Translations under genes and position numbers: made by a program | Assembly (NCBI RefSeq): GCF_009914755.1 | Contig: NC_060930.1 | Source of the DNA: the human T2T-CHM13v2.0 reference genome, Homo sapiens | Reading direction: 5' to 3' (one strand) | DNA length: 64,000 nt | Notes under the pieces: generated by a model | Told to the model about the DNA's origin: nothing | Seen by the model: the letters and a program-made list of their open reading frames with translations, nothing else | Database searches by the model: none | Part shown: piece by piece, positions 28,420 through 43,920 of the stretch | Numbering within the stretch: the stretch's first letter is position 1 | How the letters are laid out: each line of letters begins with the position of its first letter

Positions 28420-28781
28420 GGGTGATATCAGTTAAATATTAGTATTATTTGATCATTAAATGACGTGTTTATGAAGTGCACTCCCTGTCGTATGGAAAGC
28501 ACTCAGTGGTCATTTTTAGAAAATTTGGTGAGAAGTCCACCTCACATTTCACTAATAACTTATTCTAAAGTGAAGTGGAGGCTGACAAGAGAGATTATAA
28601 CAGCGTCTTTTGTTCCTTAAAGTGGTAGAAGTAAGGCCAAATACTTTAAGATAAAATAAGTCAAAATAAGTCTTTTTTGGTATTTTACAGCCAAGAAGCA
28701 CTAGATCTGCATAGGTTCAGAGTAGAGGCCATTTGAAAGTATTCATTTGAGAATAGATTTGAATCCCCTGTTGTTTTCTAG

Positions 28782-29108
<327 letters not shown>

Positions 29109-30159
29109 TAAATACAATTCCATTCTATCTGCTTTTTTTTTTTTTTTTTTTTTAAAGAAAAAGCTATTTGGGTGACTTCAAAAAAAACAAAAACAGTAGG
29201 AATTCAACAATAGCAAAACAGGAAAGGACTGATCAGGCTCTCTGAAGAGGACAGTCTATGACTGCATGATGATTTTAACTACCTTCCTTCTTCTCCAGAT
29301 CCTCCAAGGCAGAAAATCAGAAAAGCAACTAGAGAGATGGAAATGGATTTTTTTTTTAAGTAAAGCATTTAACATTGAACCACAAGACTTACTGAGTTAT
29401 GTAATAGCAGAAATATCATTGTTGATTTTGTGACATGTCAGTGCTTTCCTAAAAGTGCAGTGTGGCATATTTTTTAAAGATTAAATTGAATTAAAAATCA
29501 ATTTCTATTTTAAGAATTTGAGTAGTGTGAGATAATTGGAAAGGCCCCAGAGTGTTTCAGTAATGGTTGAGAATCATTGTTCTTAATAATAGAAGTGAAC
29601 TCTGAAATGCCAAGCATTTTATATACTCTGGCTAACCTATCTTTAAAGTAATAATGTTTCTAATGCACTGGAGCTCATGGCCCCCATTGGCAATCACCTT
29701 GACTCTTCCCCTCAGGACTTTCATATGATGATCTCATCCCAGCTCCACCATATTTCTAAAGTGTCATCTTTTATTACCAGGAAGTGTAATCTGCAATATA
29801 TGGTTTTGTTTTTGTTGCTTCATTACTTTCATATTCTGAAAAAATAGCACACACTATAGCAAATTAGCAAACGTTAGGCATATAAAGAACTAGGAAATCG
29901 AGTTGATATTTAGCTTGTTTTTATGCAACAGTAATGGAAACTTTTAGCATTGTGTATCAGCATGTGCTACTAATATCAAACAAGGTCTCACCAACTTAAC
30001 ACTGCTCAGACAGAAAACTTGAAGATTAAAGTAGGTCATGAGTAGAGTGGGATGGGAGTTGAACTGTAAATAAAGGCTAAGTCAGGTTCTTGGAGAGAAG
30101 GTTCTTAAACATCAGTGAAAATGTAGTCTACTAATGATGCTAATAGGAGTTTCAACAAC

Positions 30160-30330
30160 AACAATAATAGCTTATGCCCATGTAGCTCTTACATGGCTAC
30201 GTTCTAGGCACTTTACCTGCATTAACCTGTTCAGTCAACCCTCCAAGGCAGGGACTTCATCAGGAAGCAGAGGCAGGGGTTAAGTGACTTGCTCCCACTG
30301 CACTTGGAAAGTGGAGGAGCTGGCGCTGTT
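30160..30330 (-). mobile_element. MIR relic
   Basis: ttctaggcactttacctgcattaac...ggttaagtgacttgc. Confidence 0.6.
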
Positions 30331-31114
30331 CACCACCTCTTGTCCTGTCTCCTTCTGGAGCATTCCTTTGACAAGCCACCGCTTGAAGAAGCCAACGTGA
30401 CTGCTGCCAAGGAGACTGAGTGAACAGTTAGAGTGTGGCAGCCGAATCAGTCATCGTCGTCATCGTGGATGGCTTTGCACTTGGACCAGAATTGAAAAAC
30501 AATTTGTTCAGTTCCACTTACAAACTATGGAGTTTATCTCCACGTGGTAATACTGTCTTAATGAAATTAATACTTTTCAAGGAGAAGACATTTGGATTAA
30601 ACAGGTTATGGTGACCTTAGGTATCTGAAAGGCTAACTCCTCCAAGAAGCTGCCTTTGTTCTCCTGAGTCCACAAAGATTTTTCCCCAGAACTTATTTAT
30701 AATACTCATTCATCAACTACCTTGTCATATAGTGTGTTTGTAGCATTCTTTCCATGTTAATATATTCAGCAAATGTTTATTGAGTCCTTGCTGTGTTCTG
30801 GTGGTTGAAGACATGGATTTAGGACAAACTGGGTCCTTGAAAACTCGGTAGGTTTCATATGGGCGGGGAGACAGGAGACCTTACTAATGAGAATAGGGTG
30901 TGCAGTTGTCTTGAGATGAGTGTGAGAAAGGCTTAATTTTCTTAGCTTCAAACTAGGAAACTATGAATCTCTATGTTGACATGTCCTGCTAGTTGGAAAT
31001 CTTGATTACACAGACTGTATCTTGACTTATTTTAATAGTGCCGTTAGGATACTATTAATAACATAATGATGCAAAGTCCTGCTCAGATGCAGATATTCAT
31101 CAGAAGTAAACAGC

Positions 31115-31283
31115 AGCCAAGCACAGTAGTGCCCCTATAGCCCCAGCTACGTGGGAGGCTGAGACAGGAGGATTGCTTGAGGCCAGGAGTTCAAGCCTGC
31201 AGTGCACTATGATTGCGCCACCGCATTCCAGCCCGAATGACAGAGTGAGACCTTGTCTTTAAAGAAAAAAAAAAAAAAAACAA
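31115..31283 (+). mobile_element. FRAM / free right Alu monomer
   Basis: Single monomer with polyA; TSD agaagtaaa(c/t)agcag. Confidence 0.85.
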
Positions 31284-31931
31284 GAAGTAAATAGCAGACA
31301 TTTTCCAGGAATTGGTAGTGTGGATATATTGCAAATATGGGTGGTATTTTCTGGGCTTTATTGGTTTTCCAAAATGGGAAGAAATTGGGGAAGAGTTTGA
31401 AACTCTGAGAAGCTACTTCTTTAGTCTTCTTTTGTATTCTCTCATGGGCGCTCTGCCGGATCAGGGAGGAGACTTGTCACAGGAATAGAAGAGTGCAGGG
31501 GTTTTGCTTCTAGCCTGCTACTGACTTAGGCAACACAGCTTATTCCTTTTTTCCCATGTAATTTCAAAAACTCACTGTTTTACTTCTTAAAGTCTTAGAA
31601 GTGGACAAAGCTGTTTATAAGAGCAGTATCCTTTTCCAATAGCAGTATCCTTTTCCAATAGCAGTAACAATGAACATAGGAAATACCATACTAGCACCAG
31701 CTGCCATTAGAGAAGAGTTCCTGGTTTCAGCTTTTCAGCCGTGAATTTACTCATGAATGGTACCTCCTGGGACTCATATTTTTGTTTTAAAACAGGTTTG
31801 AAATGTAACATTTTTCCAAAGTAGCTTATTAAGGACATTTAAAAATTTATTTTCATAGTTATCAAGGTGTTATTTTTTCTTTAACATTGTGGACTTGCTA
31901 TGCTTACCTAAGCCAAGTGTTAAAGAAGTTA

Positions 31932-32253
<322 letters not shown>

Positions 32254-32299
32254 TTAATTTAGTATGTTCTTTTTTGTTGGCAATTCAGCGTGTTCCTTT

Positions 32300-32600
32300 T
32301 TTGTCCATTCATCAACCACTTGTTGAGTTTCTCCTGCATATTAACATTTGCCACTGTGAATAAAACGATAAATGAGAGGTGGTCTTTCCCTCAGTGATGG
32401 AGTGGTTTGGTGAGGAGACAGGACACACAGTTCCAGTGTAACCAGACAGGTGAGGAGGATGAGAAGGGTGTGCAAGGTGCAGAAGAACAGGAGTGAGAGG
32501 TGTTTCCTCTGGGGATGGAAGAAGTTAATCAGGGAAAAGTGTACAGGGAAAGTTACATTTGATCTGAGTTTTGAAGGAGGAAAAGACACAGACCATCACT
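32300..32600 (-). mobile_element. L2 3' end relic
   Basis: cattcatcaaccacttgttgag; gttacatttgatctgagttttgaagga. Confidence 0.6.
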
Positions 32601-33118
32601 GAGTGGTAAGAAGAAGGCTAGCTTTATCTTGAGAAGGAGTTTGTAAGAAACACTGTAGGGTAAAATGCACGCTGCTTAGTTTCATTAGCAAGTGCTTATT
32701 AAACAGCTACTCCTGACCTTGGATGGTGTTTGGAGTAAACTAATATATATAATACAGAAATATGTAGGGATCCCCATGAACAAGAACCCAGGCTAGATTT
32801 AAGAAGCCAGAGTAGTGGGGGCAAAGAATAGTGTGACTGAAAGTAATTAAACTTAAAAATATTTTGTCATGGGCAGGAACAAGGGAGATCATTGTGGCTT
32901 GATGGAAGTGAGGAGACAGGCTTACGACCTGCGGGATGGCTCTGCTTTGCTAGCTAGGGCTGGGATTTCAGGTCAGGGAAGAGCAGGGGCATGAAGGCCG
33001 GAAACTGTGGACGATGGGGGAAGTGAGGACAGCAGCTGGAGGAGCAGAGCATTAGTGGCTGTCACCTGCTGACCCAGCCCCCTTTTCCCTGCACCTCCTC
33101 TCACCTGCCTCCACTCAT

Positions 33119-33641
33119 GTTGCAGTTGTCTATTGGATAGCACGTCACTCCAGACTCAGTTACTTAAAAAAGCGGTAACCATTTCTCTCTCATGGGTTCT
33201 GGATCAGGAACTTGGGAGAATCCTACTGGGCACTTCTGGCTTAGCATCTGTCATGAGGCCACAGTCGAATGGTGGGTGGGTGTTGCTGGGCATGTGGAAG
33301 GCTCTTCGTCCCATGTCTGGTGCCTACACTGGACAAAGCCTCCTGCTGAGCACCTCTGCCTCTCTCTTTGTGGCCGATCCACGTGGCCTCTTCCGCATCC
33401 CCGGCTCCAAAGGCATATGTCCGGGGGGAGAGAAATATGGGAGGAAGGAGCACCACCTCTTCTACGTCACCCTGAAAGTCACACAGCATCTCCTCCATTG
33501 TATTCAGAAGCCCACCAGATTCAAGAGGAAAGAACTTAGATCCCACCTCTCAAGAGGGAGGTTTCAGTGTCACAATTGAAGAAGAGCGTGTGGAGTGAGA
33601 TCTGTTAGTGTGGGCGTCTTTGGGAAATGCCATCTGCCACA
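33119..33641 (-). mobile_element. MLT1F/G-type LTR
   Basis: Ends tctttgggaaatgccatctgccaca. Confidence 0.65.
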
Positions 33642-33699
33642 GCCTCAGAGGCTGGAAGGGCTGCCTGCATGCTTTCTCAGCCTCTGTTGTGGGATATCA

Positions 33700-34012
33700 A
33701 TGAGACATAGGAGAAGTTGGCTGGAGCCCTGGGAAAACTTTTCCACATAACAGGAGCAGATGTGGCAGTCTCTGTCTCATGCTTACCCTGTTGAATGTGG
33801 CTGTCAGGCCAGTAGCTGCGGCAGCCATCCCATGACCACAGGGAGCAGCTGAGGGACTCAGGGCAGCTGTCTCTGACACCTGTGACAGCCACTGGAGAAT
33901 GACAGCAACTGCCTACCTCGAGGCTGTTTGATGGAAAAGTAAAACTGCTTGTCTGAGACACTGTTACTTGGGTTTCTGTTGCTTATACCTGGATGTCTTT
34001 CTCATTGATCTG
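33700..34012 (+). mobile_element. LTR33-like relic
   Basis: gctgcggcagccatcccatgacca...cactgttacttgggtttctgttgct. Confidence 0.5.
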
Positions 34013-34794
34013 GTATGTGATATTACATAATATGGGATAGGTGAGGTGGTAAGATTTTTAAATTATTGCTGTGTAAAAGTAGTTAAAATTTTAATGGGCA
34101 GTGGGAAGCCATTGAGATTTCTGTACAGAGAGCAGTCCATGTGCTTATGAAGCACCCAGCACGCCTGCCACGTGGCCAGCACTGTCTTACACACACAGTA
34201 ACATCTCTGTGGCTAAGTAACTTACAGTTTACTTGGAAAGAGAAAAACAGGTGAGTGATAACACCCACCACATAGGTATGATTTTATATGTGCCAGGTAT
34301 TATGCTACAGATGTGGCATGAACTATTGCATTTAAACCTTAGGAGTATTACATGAGGAAGACACTCTTATCCCCATTGCTTTTATAATGAGGAAACAGAT
34401 ATTTAGAAAAGTTGAGTAGCTTGCCTAAGTTTAAAGGTAATCCATTTTGTGTAATGCAATGCATTAATTGTAATGTAAATGTAATTTGCCCTAGAATTGC
34501 AGACATTTCAAATCTTCACTTGACAATTATTTAACACATACATTGAGGCTCTAATTTGTGCTAGACACTATGCTGAGTGTTGAGAATATGGAGATGAGCA
34601 TGATAGGGCTCCTGCCTTTGAAGAGCCAAGTCTAGCGGGTGGCTGACTTCTGCGTGACCACATTTGGGATGGAACAAGACATTTATTGAGGGTCTACCAC
34701 GTACTAGGACTTTTTTTTTCCTTTTATTTCCACTGTGCTCAGAGACTCAAGTACTAGGAATATAATGTTTTAATGCACTGAGTTAAATTTTATA

Positions 34795-35300
34795 ATGGTT
34801 ATATATTGTAATATGAGAAACCATTCCAAAACACAGTACTTAAAACAACTGTTTATTTAGCTCAGGATTCCGTGGGTCAGCAGTTGGCCTGGGCTGAGCT
34901 AGGCGGTTCTTACACTCTCAGCTAGACTCAGTTATGTGTCTGGTCAGCTGCATTCAGCAAAACAGTTCTTCTCTGAGGGCTGATAGGCTCTCAGCTGGAA
35001 TGTCAGAGGCAGCTAGGCCACATGTCTCTCTTTGTCCAGTAGGCTAGCCTGGGCTTGCTTTCAGTCTGCTGGGAAAACATGGTTCTGAGACAGAAGAGAA
35101 GCCCATTAAGTTCTCTGAAGGCCTAGGCTTGGAACTGGCACATCCTCTCTTCTGCAGCATTCCGTTGGCCAAAGTCACAGGATGAGCCCAGATTCAAAGG
35201 ATAAAGAAATAGCCCTGACCTCTTGAAGGAAGGAGCTGCAAAGTCACATTGCAAGGCGGGAAGAAGATGAATTGTGACCATTTTTGCAATCTGCAAAATT
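34795..35300 (-). mobile_element. MLT1H-type LTR
   Basis: ttaaaacaactgtttatttagctcaggattccgtgggtcagc...gagctgcaaagtcacattgcaa. Confidence 0.65.
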
Positions 35301-35369
35301 GTATACCAAATTTTATTATAATAATGTATACCAAGCATATTAAGACTTAAAAGGAAAGAATAATTTTAG

Positions 35370-37090
<1,721 letters not shown>

Positions 37091-37590
37091 GAGTTTGAAA
37101 ATAAAAGTGGACAAGCTTCCTGGTTTCATTTACTTTAGGGTCTTGTCCACAGTTTTTATTTTAATATTTTATACATTAAAACTGTGATCAGTTGAGATTT
37201 GAGTATACTTTGAGGCTCTCCACAAAGGTTCAGCAAGAACTACGGACAGCCCCTTGCCGGCATCCAAACTGTACAGTTCCCTTTGCTTTGGCAATAACGT
37301 ATTATGCTGAATCAATGTTTCTCAGCCCTTAAATGGCCTTTCTGTGCTTAGCAGCCATGTCCTCAGTAGCTCAGTTGGTTCTCTCTCACAACAACTTTCA
37401 AGTAAAACAAAAGGCTAGAAGAAATGTTCTTGACCTGGGTTTTGTGTGTACTGAAGGGCAGGGCAATGTGGTAAAGGTTATTTGCATAGAAAGTTGGGGA
37501 GATTGTGTAGACTTGGGGGCTTACACAGATGACTTTCTATTTAATAAGAGCCCAGATGCAATATGCCAGGCTTCAGATAAAAAGACAGGA

Positions 37591-37916
37591 GGCCAGGCAT
37601 GGTGGCTCACGCCTGTATCCCAGCACTTTGGGAGGTTGAGGCGGGTGGATTACCTGAGGTGAGGAGTTCGAGACCAGCCTGGCCAACACGGTGAAACCCT
37701 GCCTCTACTAAAAATACAAAAATTAGCCAGGCATGGTGTAACACGCCTGTAGTCCCAGCTACTCAGAAGGCTGAGGCAAGAGAATTACTGGAACCCAGGA
37801 GGCAGAGGTTGCAGTGAGCCGAGACCACGCCACTGCACTCCAGCCTGGGCGACAGAGCAAGACTCTGTCTCCAAAAAAAAAAAAAAAAAAAAAAAAAAGA
37901 AGAAGAAGAAGAAAAA
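37591..37916 (+). mobile_element. AluS with A/(GAA)n tail
   Basis: Full Alu. Confidence 0.93.
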
Positions 37917-38235
37917 GGTTTCAAACAGCCATCTTTGCCTGAGGCTCTTGTCCTGACACGGACAGTGGTGGCATGCTGGTTCTGCCAACTTGGAAGGGGA
38001 GCCCTTCCGAGTCCCATGATGGCATATGTAAGTTAGCAAGGCTTCCTGAAGGTGGGTGGGTTGTAATTTATTTGTACATTTGGCTCTGATTCTTGGTGAT
38101 TTTGGGAGAAACGACTGCAGGCAAGAAGATAGGTGCTTTATGGTTTTTTTTTTTTTTTAACTTAACACTGAGTTTTTTCTCTCAAAGTAGTGTTTCTTTG
38201 ATTCTGACTTCTTCTGTGCCTCCACAAAGTAAATA

Positions 38236-38552
38236 CAGCACCATAATATCATCTGAGCGTCTGTTCTTGAATTCTGAGTATTTTGGATTTTAGAAGGTGT
38301 ATGCTACACATACCATAGAGTATGAAAGACTCCAAACAGGGCTGGGGCATCACCCTGTAATCAAACGTAATATTTCAGCAAAGCTCATTAAATGGGATGA
38401 TTAAAGGCTTAATAGAGCCTTATGGCAGTTCAGGACAGATTTTATAGCCAAATGAGTCAGCTCAAGTTTTGTCATCAAATGAATTAGTGAAAAACAATTG
38501 GTTTTCAGAGATGTTTAGATTTCAGAATTCTGGAGAATTCATTATGGACCCA
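38236..38552 (-). mobile_element. MER46C (Tigger-family non-autonomous)
   Basis: ctggggcatcaccctgtaatcaaac...ggttttcagagatgtttagatttcagaatt. Confidence 0.7.
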
Positions 38553-39489
38553 TATTCCAGTCATAGGGCTCTGCTTTTATTTTCTTCTCCTTTGCAGGCT
38601 TGATGGTCATTAGAATTGCGGATTGTGTTTTAGAGTGTGGAGGAGAAATGACTGGCTGTGTAGGGTGGATTTTGCATTATGAACTATAGAAGTAAATGGC
38701 TACCTAGCTAAGAAGACCAATTCAGGTGTATTTATTCTTCAGTAATGACAATAGTTTCATTTATTTTTCTAAAAGCTCAAATTATGAATACATAGCTTCT
38801 CTTAATGAAACCTCAGGTAAATGAATTTTCTCTTAATCATTTGTGTTTACTTGGATTTGGGACCATCACATTTAATTGTGTGCAATGCAGTTGTTATTGT
38901 TTTTTTGTTATTGTTGTTGTTGTTTTTTCCAGGTATGTCTCTCTTACTAGACAGTGAGCTCTTTTAGGGAGGGAACATGCTGTTTTCATTATCTTTGACA
39001 TCTGGCATAATAAACATTCATGTTGACCTGTTTCTAGAAAAAGCAGCCAGGAGTATGGGGAGGAGGTAGGTGCATTGCTTTGGCTTGAGGTTTGGCATGA
39101 TGGTCTCCCAGAGGAGTCATTATGATCACTTGTATTAAACTAACTGTCATGAGTAAAACCTTAAGAAACAGATTTCTGGGACTGCATCTGACTGACCGAC
39201 TGCTCTGCGATTGGGAAAAACTGATCTGTGTCTGTATCTGTCTATTTTGTTTTGGGCTTTATCCAGGGTCCCTGTGCCTGCTGACATCATCCTTTACCTC
39301 CTTGAGAAGTAGAGGGCAAGGAATGGGTTTTGGTACCCTGTGACGTTAGGAAGACTTTTTCTCATCGTTGTAATTGCTTCATAATTGAGCGGGAAAACAA
39401 ACCTTCCAACATTATAGATACCTTCCTCCAAGTGGATAATGAGCTGTGTCCTCTTTGCTTTTTTGCCATTTGCCATGCTCCTCCAAGCA

Positions 39490-39740
39490 GCAGCGAGGGT
39501 GAGAAAACTTTGGAGTCCAGCAGACTGGGGATTGAATCCTTGGCTTGCCTATTTGCTAGTTCATTTTGGTGAAATTACCTTCAATCACTGAGTCAGGTTC
39601 TCACCTTTGAAAGGATGGTGATTAATAGATAAGGTTGACCTCACAGGTGTGTAGTAAGGATGAAATGAGATACCTTAAATCATGTGTCTTTAAATGAGGT
39701 ACTTTAAATAACTCAGGGGATGAGCCACTTAGTAAGCCTG
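39490..39740 (+). mobile_element. MIR relic
   Basis: actttggagtccagcagactggggattgaatcc...ggatgaaatgagata. Confidence 0.65.
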
Positions 39741-41246
39741 GAGAAATGGTAATTTCCTGTCTCAGCTTTGGTAATCTCTTTGTAAGCCATGAGACTTGTA
39801 GATAGTTAACTCTGGCATTTATTTGAGAAATTTAGTTGTCATTACAGCAAGGGTTGACATATTAATTAGAGCAATGCCCTTTTCACATAACTGAGTCAAA
39901 TATCATAATAAATGCCATTAATCTTGGAAAGTCGAAAAGGAGATCCTGAGAGGCGAATTAGTGCTGTGCCAAAAATGGAATGAGAACTCAGGTTCAAGGA
40001 TCAAGGTCGCAGCCAATTTAGCCGTGGGTCATAAGAAGCATTTGCTGGAGCAGTCTGACAAATTTTGTTGAACCTGGCACCAGAATGCAACCCCTCTTGC
40101 CTTAGACCATTCTGCTGTGCATCCTCCTCAAAGTCCCATGGCCATTAAGATGCGGGGCCTGGACTTGAAATTCAGCCTTTTGACTTCAGACTGGGGTGCT
40201 TCTCACTACTGTATGCCTCCCTGCTCTCACAAAGCTCCACCTGCCCAGTACACATTCCTAGAGGTGTCAAGGGGTGAGGAGAGTAATAGTTGGTAAATGT
40301 TATGAAATCTTACATTCAGTTTCTCTGCTGTAACATGGGATGATTATATCTACTTCTATGGTACTGTTGTGAGAATTATAATGCAATGATAAAAGTAAAA
40401 GTGGCACACACAACAATTAGTGTCACCCATTTTTTAGCTAATACTATCAAGGTATGGATTTACATCATTCGAGTTGAGGTAGTTGCCTATTTTCAAAGTT
40501 GTGGATAACTATAAGGAGATGAACCTTATAAAGGGAATAGAAATGTGCCCTTAGGATTCTAGAATGGACAGAAAACTAGCCCACCCCAGGTGAGTCCACA
40601 GCGATTGGGAGCTGGCATTAAACTGGACTTGAAAGAGCTTGAGGGATGCAGGAGAGCGAGTCAGGCCATTCTCAGTGTGAAGGCTGAGCCTGGCTAAAAA
40701 CCTGGGCCAGCTTCTCGGGGCACATGGTCTGTGGTCACTTGCCAGCTGGGCATAATGGGAGGTAGTGTGGTGACTGCAGACCACCAAAGGGAATTTGTAT
40801 TTGGTCTTTGCGATTAAATGATGACTTTCAGCAGGGCTGATTAGATGGACACACTTGTTAGGCTAGGGATGACTGTCTTCCAGGAGTTGAATGTGGCTTG
40901 GATTAGGTTTTGGAAGAAAATGAGAGTAAAGTAGTTGGATTTGGCAGGAAGTTAATAGTACAGACTTTATACCAAAGAGTGTAACATTATCCCAAGACTG
41001 TGGCTAGAGGAGGTGAATCTATCTGTGACTGCCCAGTCAGGTTGGTGGGATGGGGGAAACATCAGTGAAGCTCTGTGAGCTCTTTCTTAGCCTTTAATTA
41101 CAGTAATATTTTGTTTCTTTGCAATATAGCATCTCGAATATTCCAAATGGAAATTTCTCTAGCATGTAAAGCCAATTCTTTTATTCATTTTTATTACCAT
41201 AATGTAGTATACGTTATGACAAGGTAATTTAATTTAGAAAATTTGA

Positions 41247-41576
<330 letters not shown>

Positions 41577-42409
41577 AGCATTTATTTTTGTATCTTTTTA
41601 TTAGTTGGCAGTGGTTGATCCTTTCCTGAGGCCAAGTATTTGAATTTGTTTGACAGGTGATTAGCCAGCTGTCTAAATTGGGTTTGAGGTGACATTATAA
41701 CCCCAACTAGGCATGAGGAGTGACTCCGTGTTAGTCAGAGGCCTCAGACCTGAACTCGCCCTTGCTGGTAACAGCTGAAAGACTCTAGGAGCAAGATATT
41801 CAGGGACTTGTGGGACAAGGAGATTGTTGGTTCAGAGGATAGTGTGAAGGGCTTATCTCATAAATATCTGGATTGGCTGTAACACAAAGTGACTGCAAAA
41901 TCAAATGATCTGCTTGGAAAACTTCCCAGAGGTAGCTTTAGAAGTTCCAAAGAAATGTCAGATTCTATCTCCCAATCCCAAAGTCGGGCTTTTAATTAAG
42001 TTACGAGTTAGTCGACTAAGGCAAATGACCTGATGCTTTTATCTGGAAAGAAGTTATCCTCGCCCACGTCAGTGTGTTGATGCCGTGAATGTAGGTTCCC
42101 GTTACTGAGTATACCATTCAGTAATTACCAAGAAAAATAGAAAGAGTGCATGGTCACCTATTGGCTTTCTCCCTCCACACTCACCGAAAGTACCATCTTG
42201 ATAAAAATATCAAAATATCAGGAGCTTATGATAACAGTTTATTACAAGTAAAACATTCAAAGACTCATCTTGCTGACTTTCTTTTACATCTGGCTACTAT
42301 TATGTATAATTTCTCTGCAGTCAGGGCATCCAGCGTGGTGCCCTTTAGTTAGGTTGTACCATAGATGATAGTCCACAGAGAAGCATTTTGGTCCCAATAA
42401 GCAGCATTT

Positions 42410-42570
42410 TGTGGCAGAAAGAGCTCTGGAGTCAGCAGACTCTGGCTGCACATCCTGGCTTTCAGGCGAATAAATGCGTCACCTTTGTCAGGCTACTCTT
42501 TGAACCTCAGATTCTTCGGTGAAGTGGTGATACTATCTGTGTCAAGGGGTTGTGAGGATTCAACCAGTAT
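42410..42570 (+). mobile_element. MIR relic
   Basis: gagctctggagtcagcagactc...gggttgtgaggattcaa. Confidence 0.6.
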
Positions 42571-42690
42571 TATATGCAGTATGTACATATGTACACATAT
42601 AATTATATACATATTATATATAAAATATAATTATACATGTACAATATATACAAATATACATGTTTTATATACATATAATTTATTACAGTG
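42570..42690. repeat. AT-rich degenerate (TA)n low-complexity tract
   Basis: atatgtacacatataattatatacatattatatataaaatataattatac. Confidence 0.8.
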
Positions 42691-42830
42691 TGTGGTATGT
42701 AAGTTTCCTGGGTTTTTTTTTTTTTAAGTTCCTTATAACTTTTACCCTCTCTTCTCCAAAATAGTCTTGCCATCAGATATGATGACATGCAGCTCAGCTT
42801 ATGTCAGGAAAAGTCTACAAATGTGGAATA

Positions 42831-42832
<2 letters not shown>

Positions 42833-42876
<44 letters not shown>

Positions 42877-43157
42877 AGAAAAAGTCTCACTTTGTCACCC
42901 AGGCTGGAGCACAGTAGTGTGATCATAGTGCACTGCGGCCTTGAACTCCTAAGCTCAAGCAATCCTCCTGCATCCGCCTCCTGAATAACTGGGACTACAA
43001 GTGTGCACCACCACACCCAGATAATTTTTAAATTTTTTGTAGAGACAGGGTCTCACTTTGTTGCTCAGGCTGATCTTGAACTCTTGGACTCAAGTGATCC
43101 TCATACCTCAGCCTCCCAAAGTGCTATGATTACAAGTGTGAGCCACTATGCCTTGCC
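42833..43157 (-). mobile_element. AluJ with T43 tail
   Basis: Pure T run 42833-42875 then antisense Alu. Confidence 0.92.
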
Positions 43158-43677
43158 ACATCATATAATATCTTGATTTTAAAGACTGCAATTGGCTAGC
43201 TGAGATACTCACCCTAAATTTTTTTTATTTAAACCTATTCATAACTCTCAGATCAGACTCCTATTAATTATATGTTTTATTACAAATTTCAGGTAAGGTT
43301 GGTTTCTGAATTAGAATAATAAATTTGAAATTTCAGTACTGAAACCTTAATAAAGGGGTCATTACTCAAAATTTAACAAGTAAAGCCATATTAATTTAAA
43401 ATAATTTGGAGGACATCCAGTCTTTCATGGTGACAAAATGAAATTTATAGAGTACTAATAGATATATACTGTAGCCCTGTTTCAAAGAATAAAACTTGCA
43501 TAAGGTGCTAATAGAGGCAATGTAATAAATTTTCTTTTTACTCCTTACTATATATCTATTTTTTTTACAAAATAATGTTATAATTGTAACTGTTATATGT
43601 AAGAAAGACTCTTTAATTCCTTGACTGTAATTTAATATAGTCACAGAATTCAGATCAGATTTTCCTTAACTAGAAAG

Positions 43678-43920
43678 GCAGTATACCATAGTGTTTAAGT
43701 ACAGAGGCATAAAACAGACTGCCTGGATTAGAAATATGACTTTACCACTTGCTAGCTGAACAACTTTAGCTAAGTTACTAAACCTCTCTGTTTTCTCTAT
43801 CTATATTTGTAAAATGGGGACAATAATAGCTTCTATCTCATAAGGTAATTGTGAGAACTGAATGAATTCATGCCTGGGAAGTTGTTAGAATGTCTATCTA
43901 GTACACAGTGTTAGCTGTTT
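43678..43920 (+). mobile_element. MIR
   Basis: cagtataccatagtgtttaag...tgtaaaatggggacaataatag. Confidence 0.75.

Noticed and set aside
37345-37390. tRNA-like gtagctcagttggtt
   Set aside because: No anticodon arm, T-arm or B-box follows
43240-43300. 41-nt micro-exon ending cag|gtaagg
   Set aside because: Weak acceptor, AT-rich intron-like content
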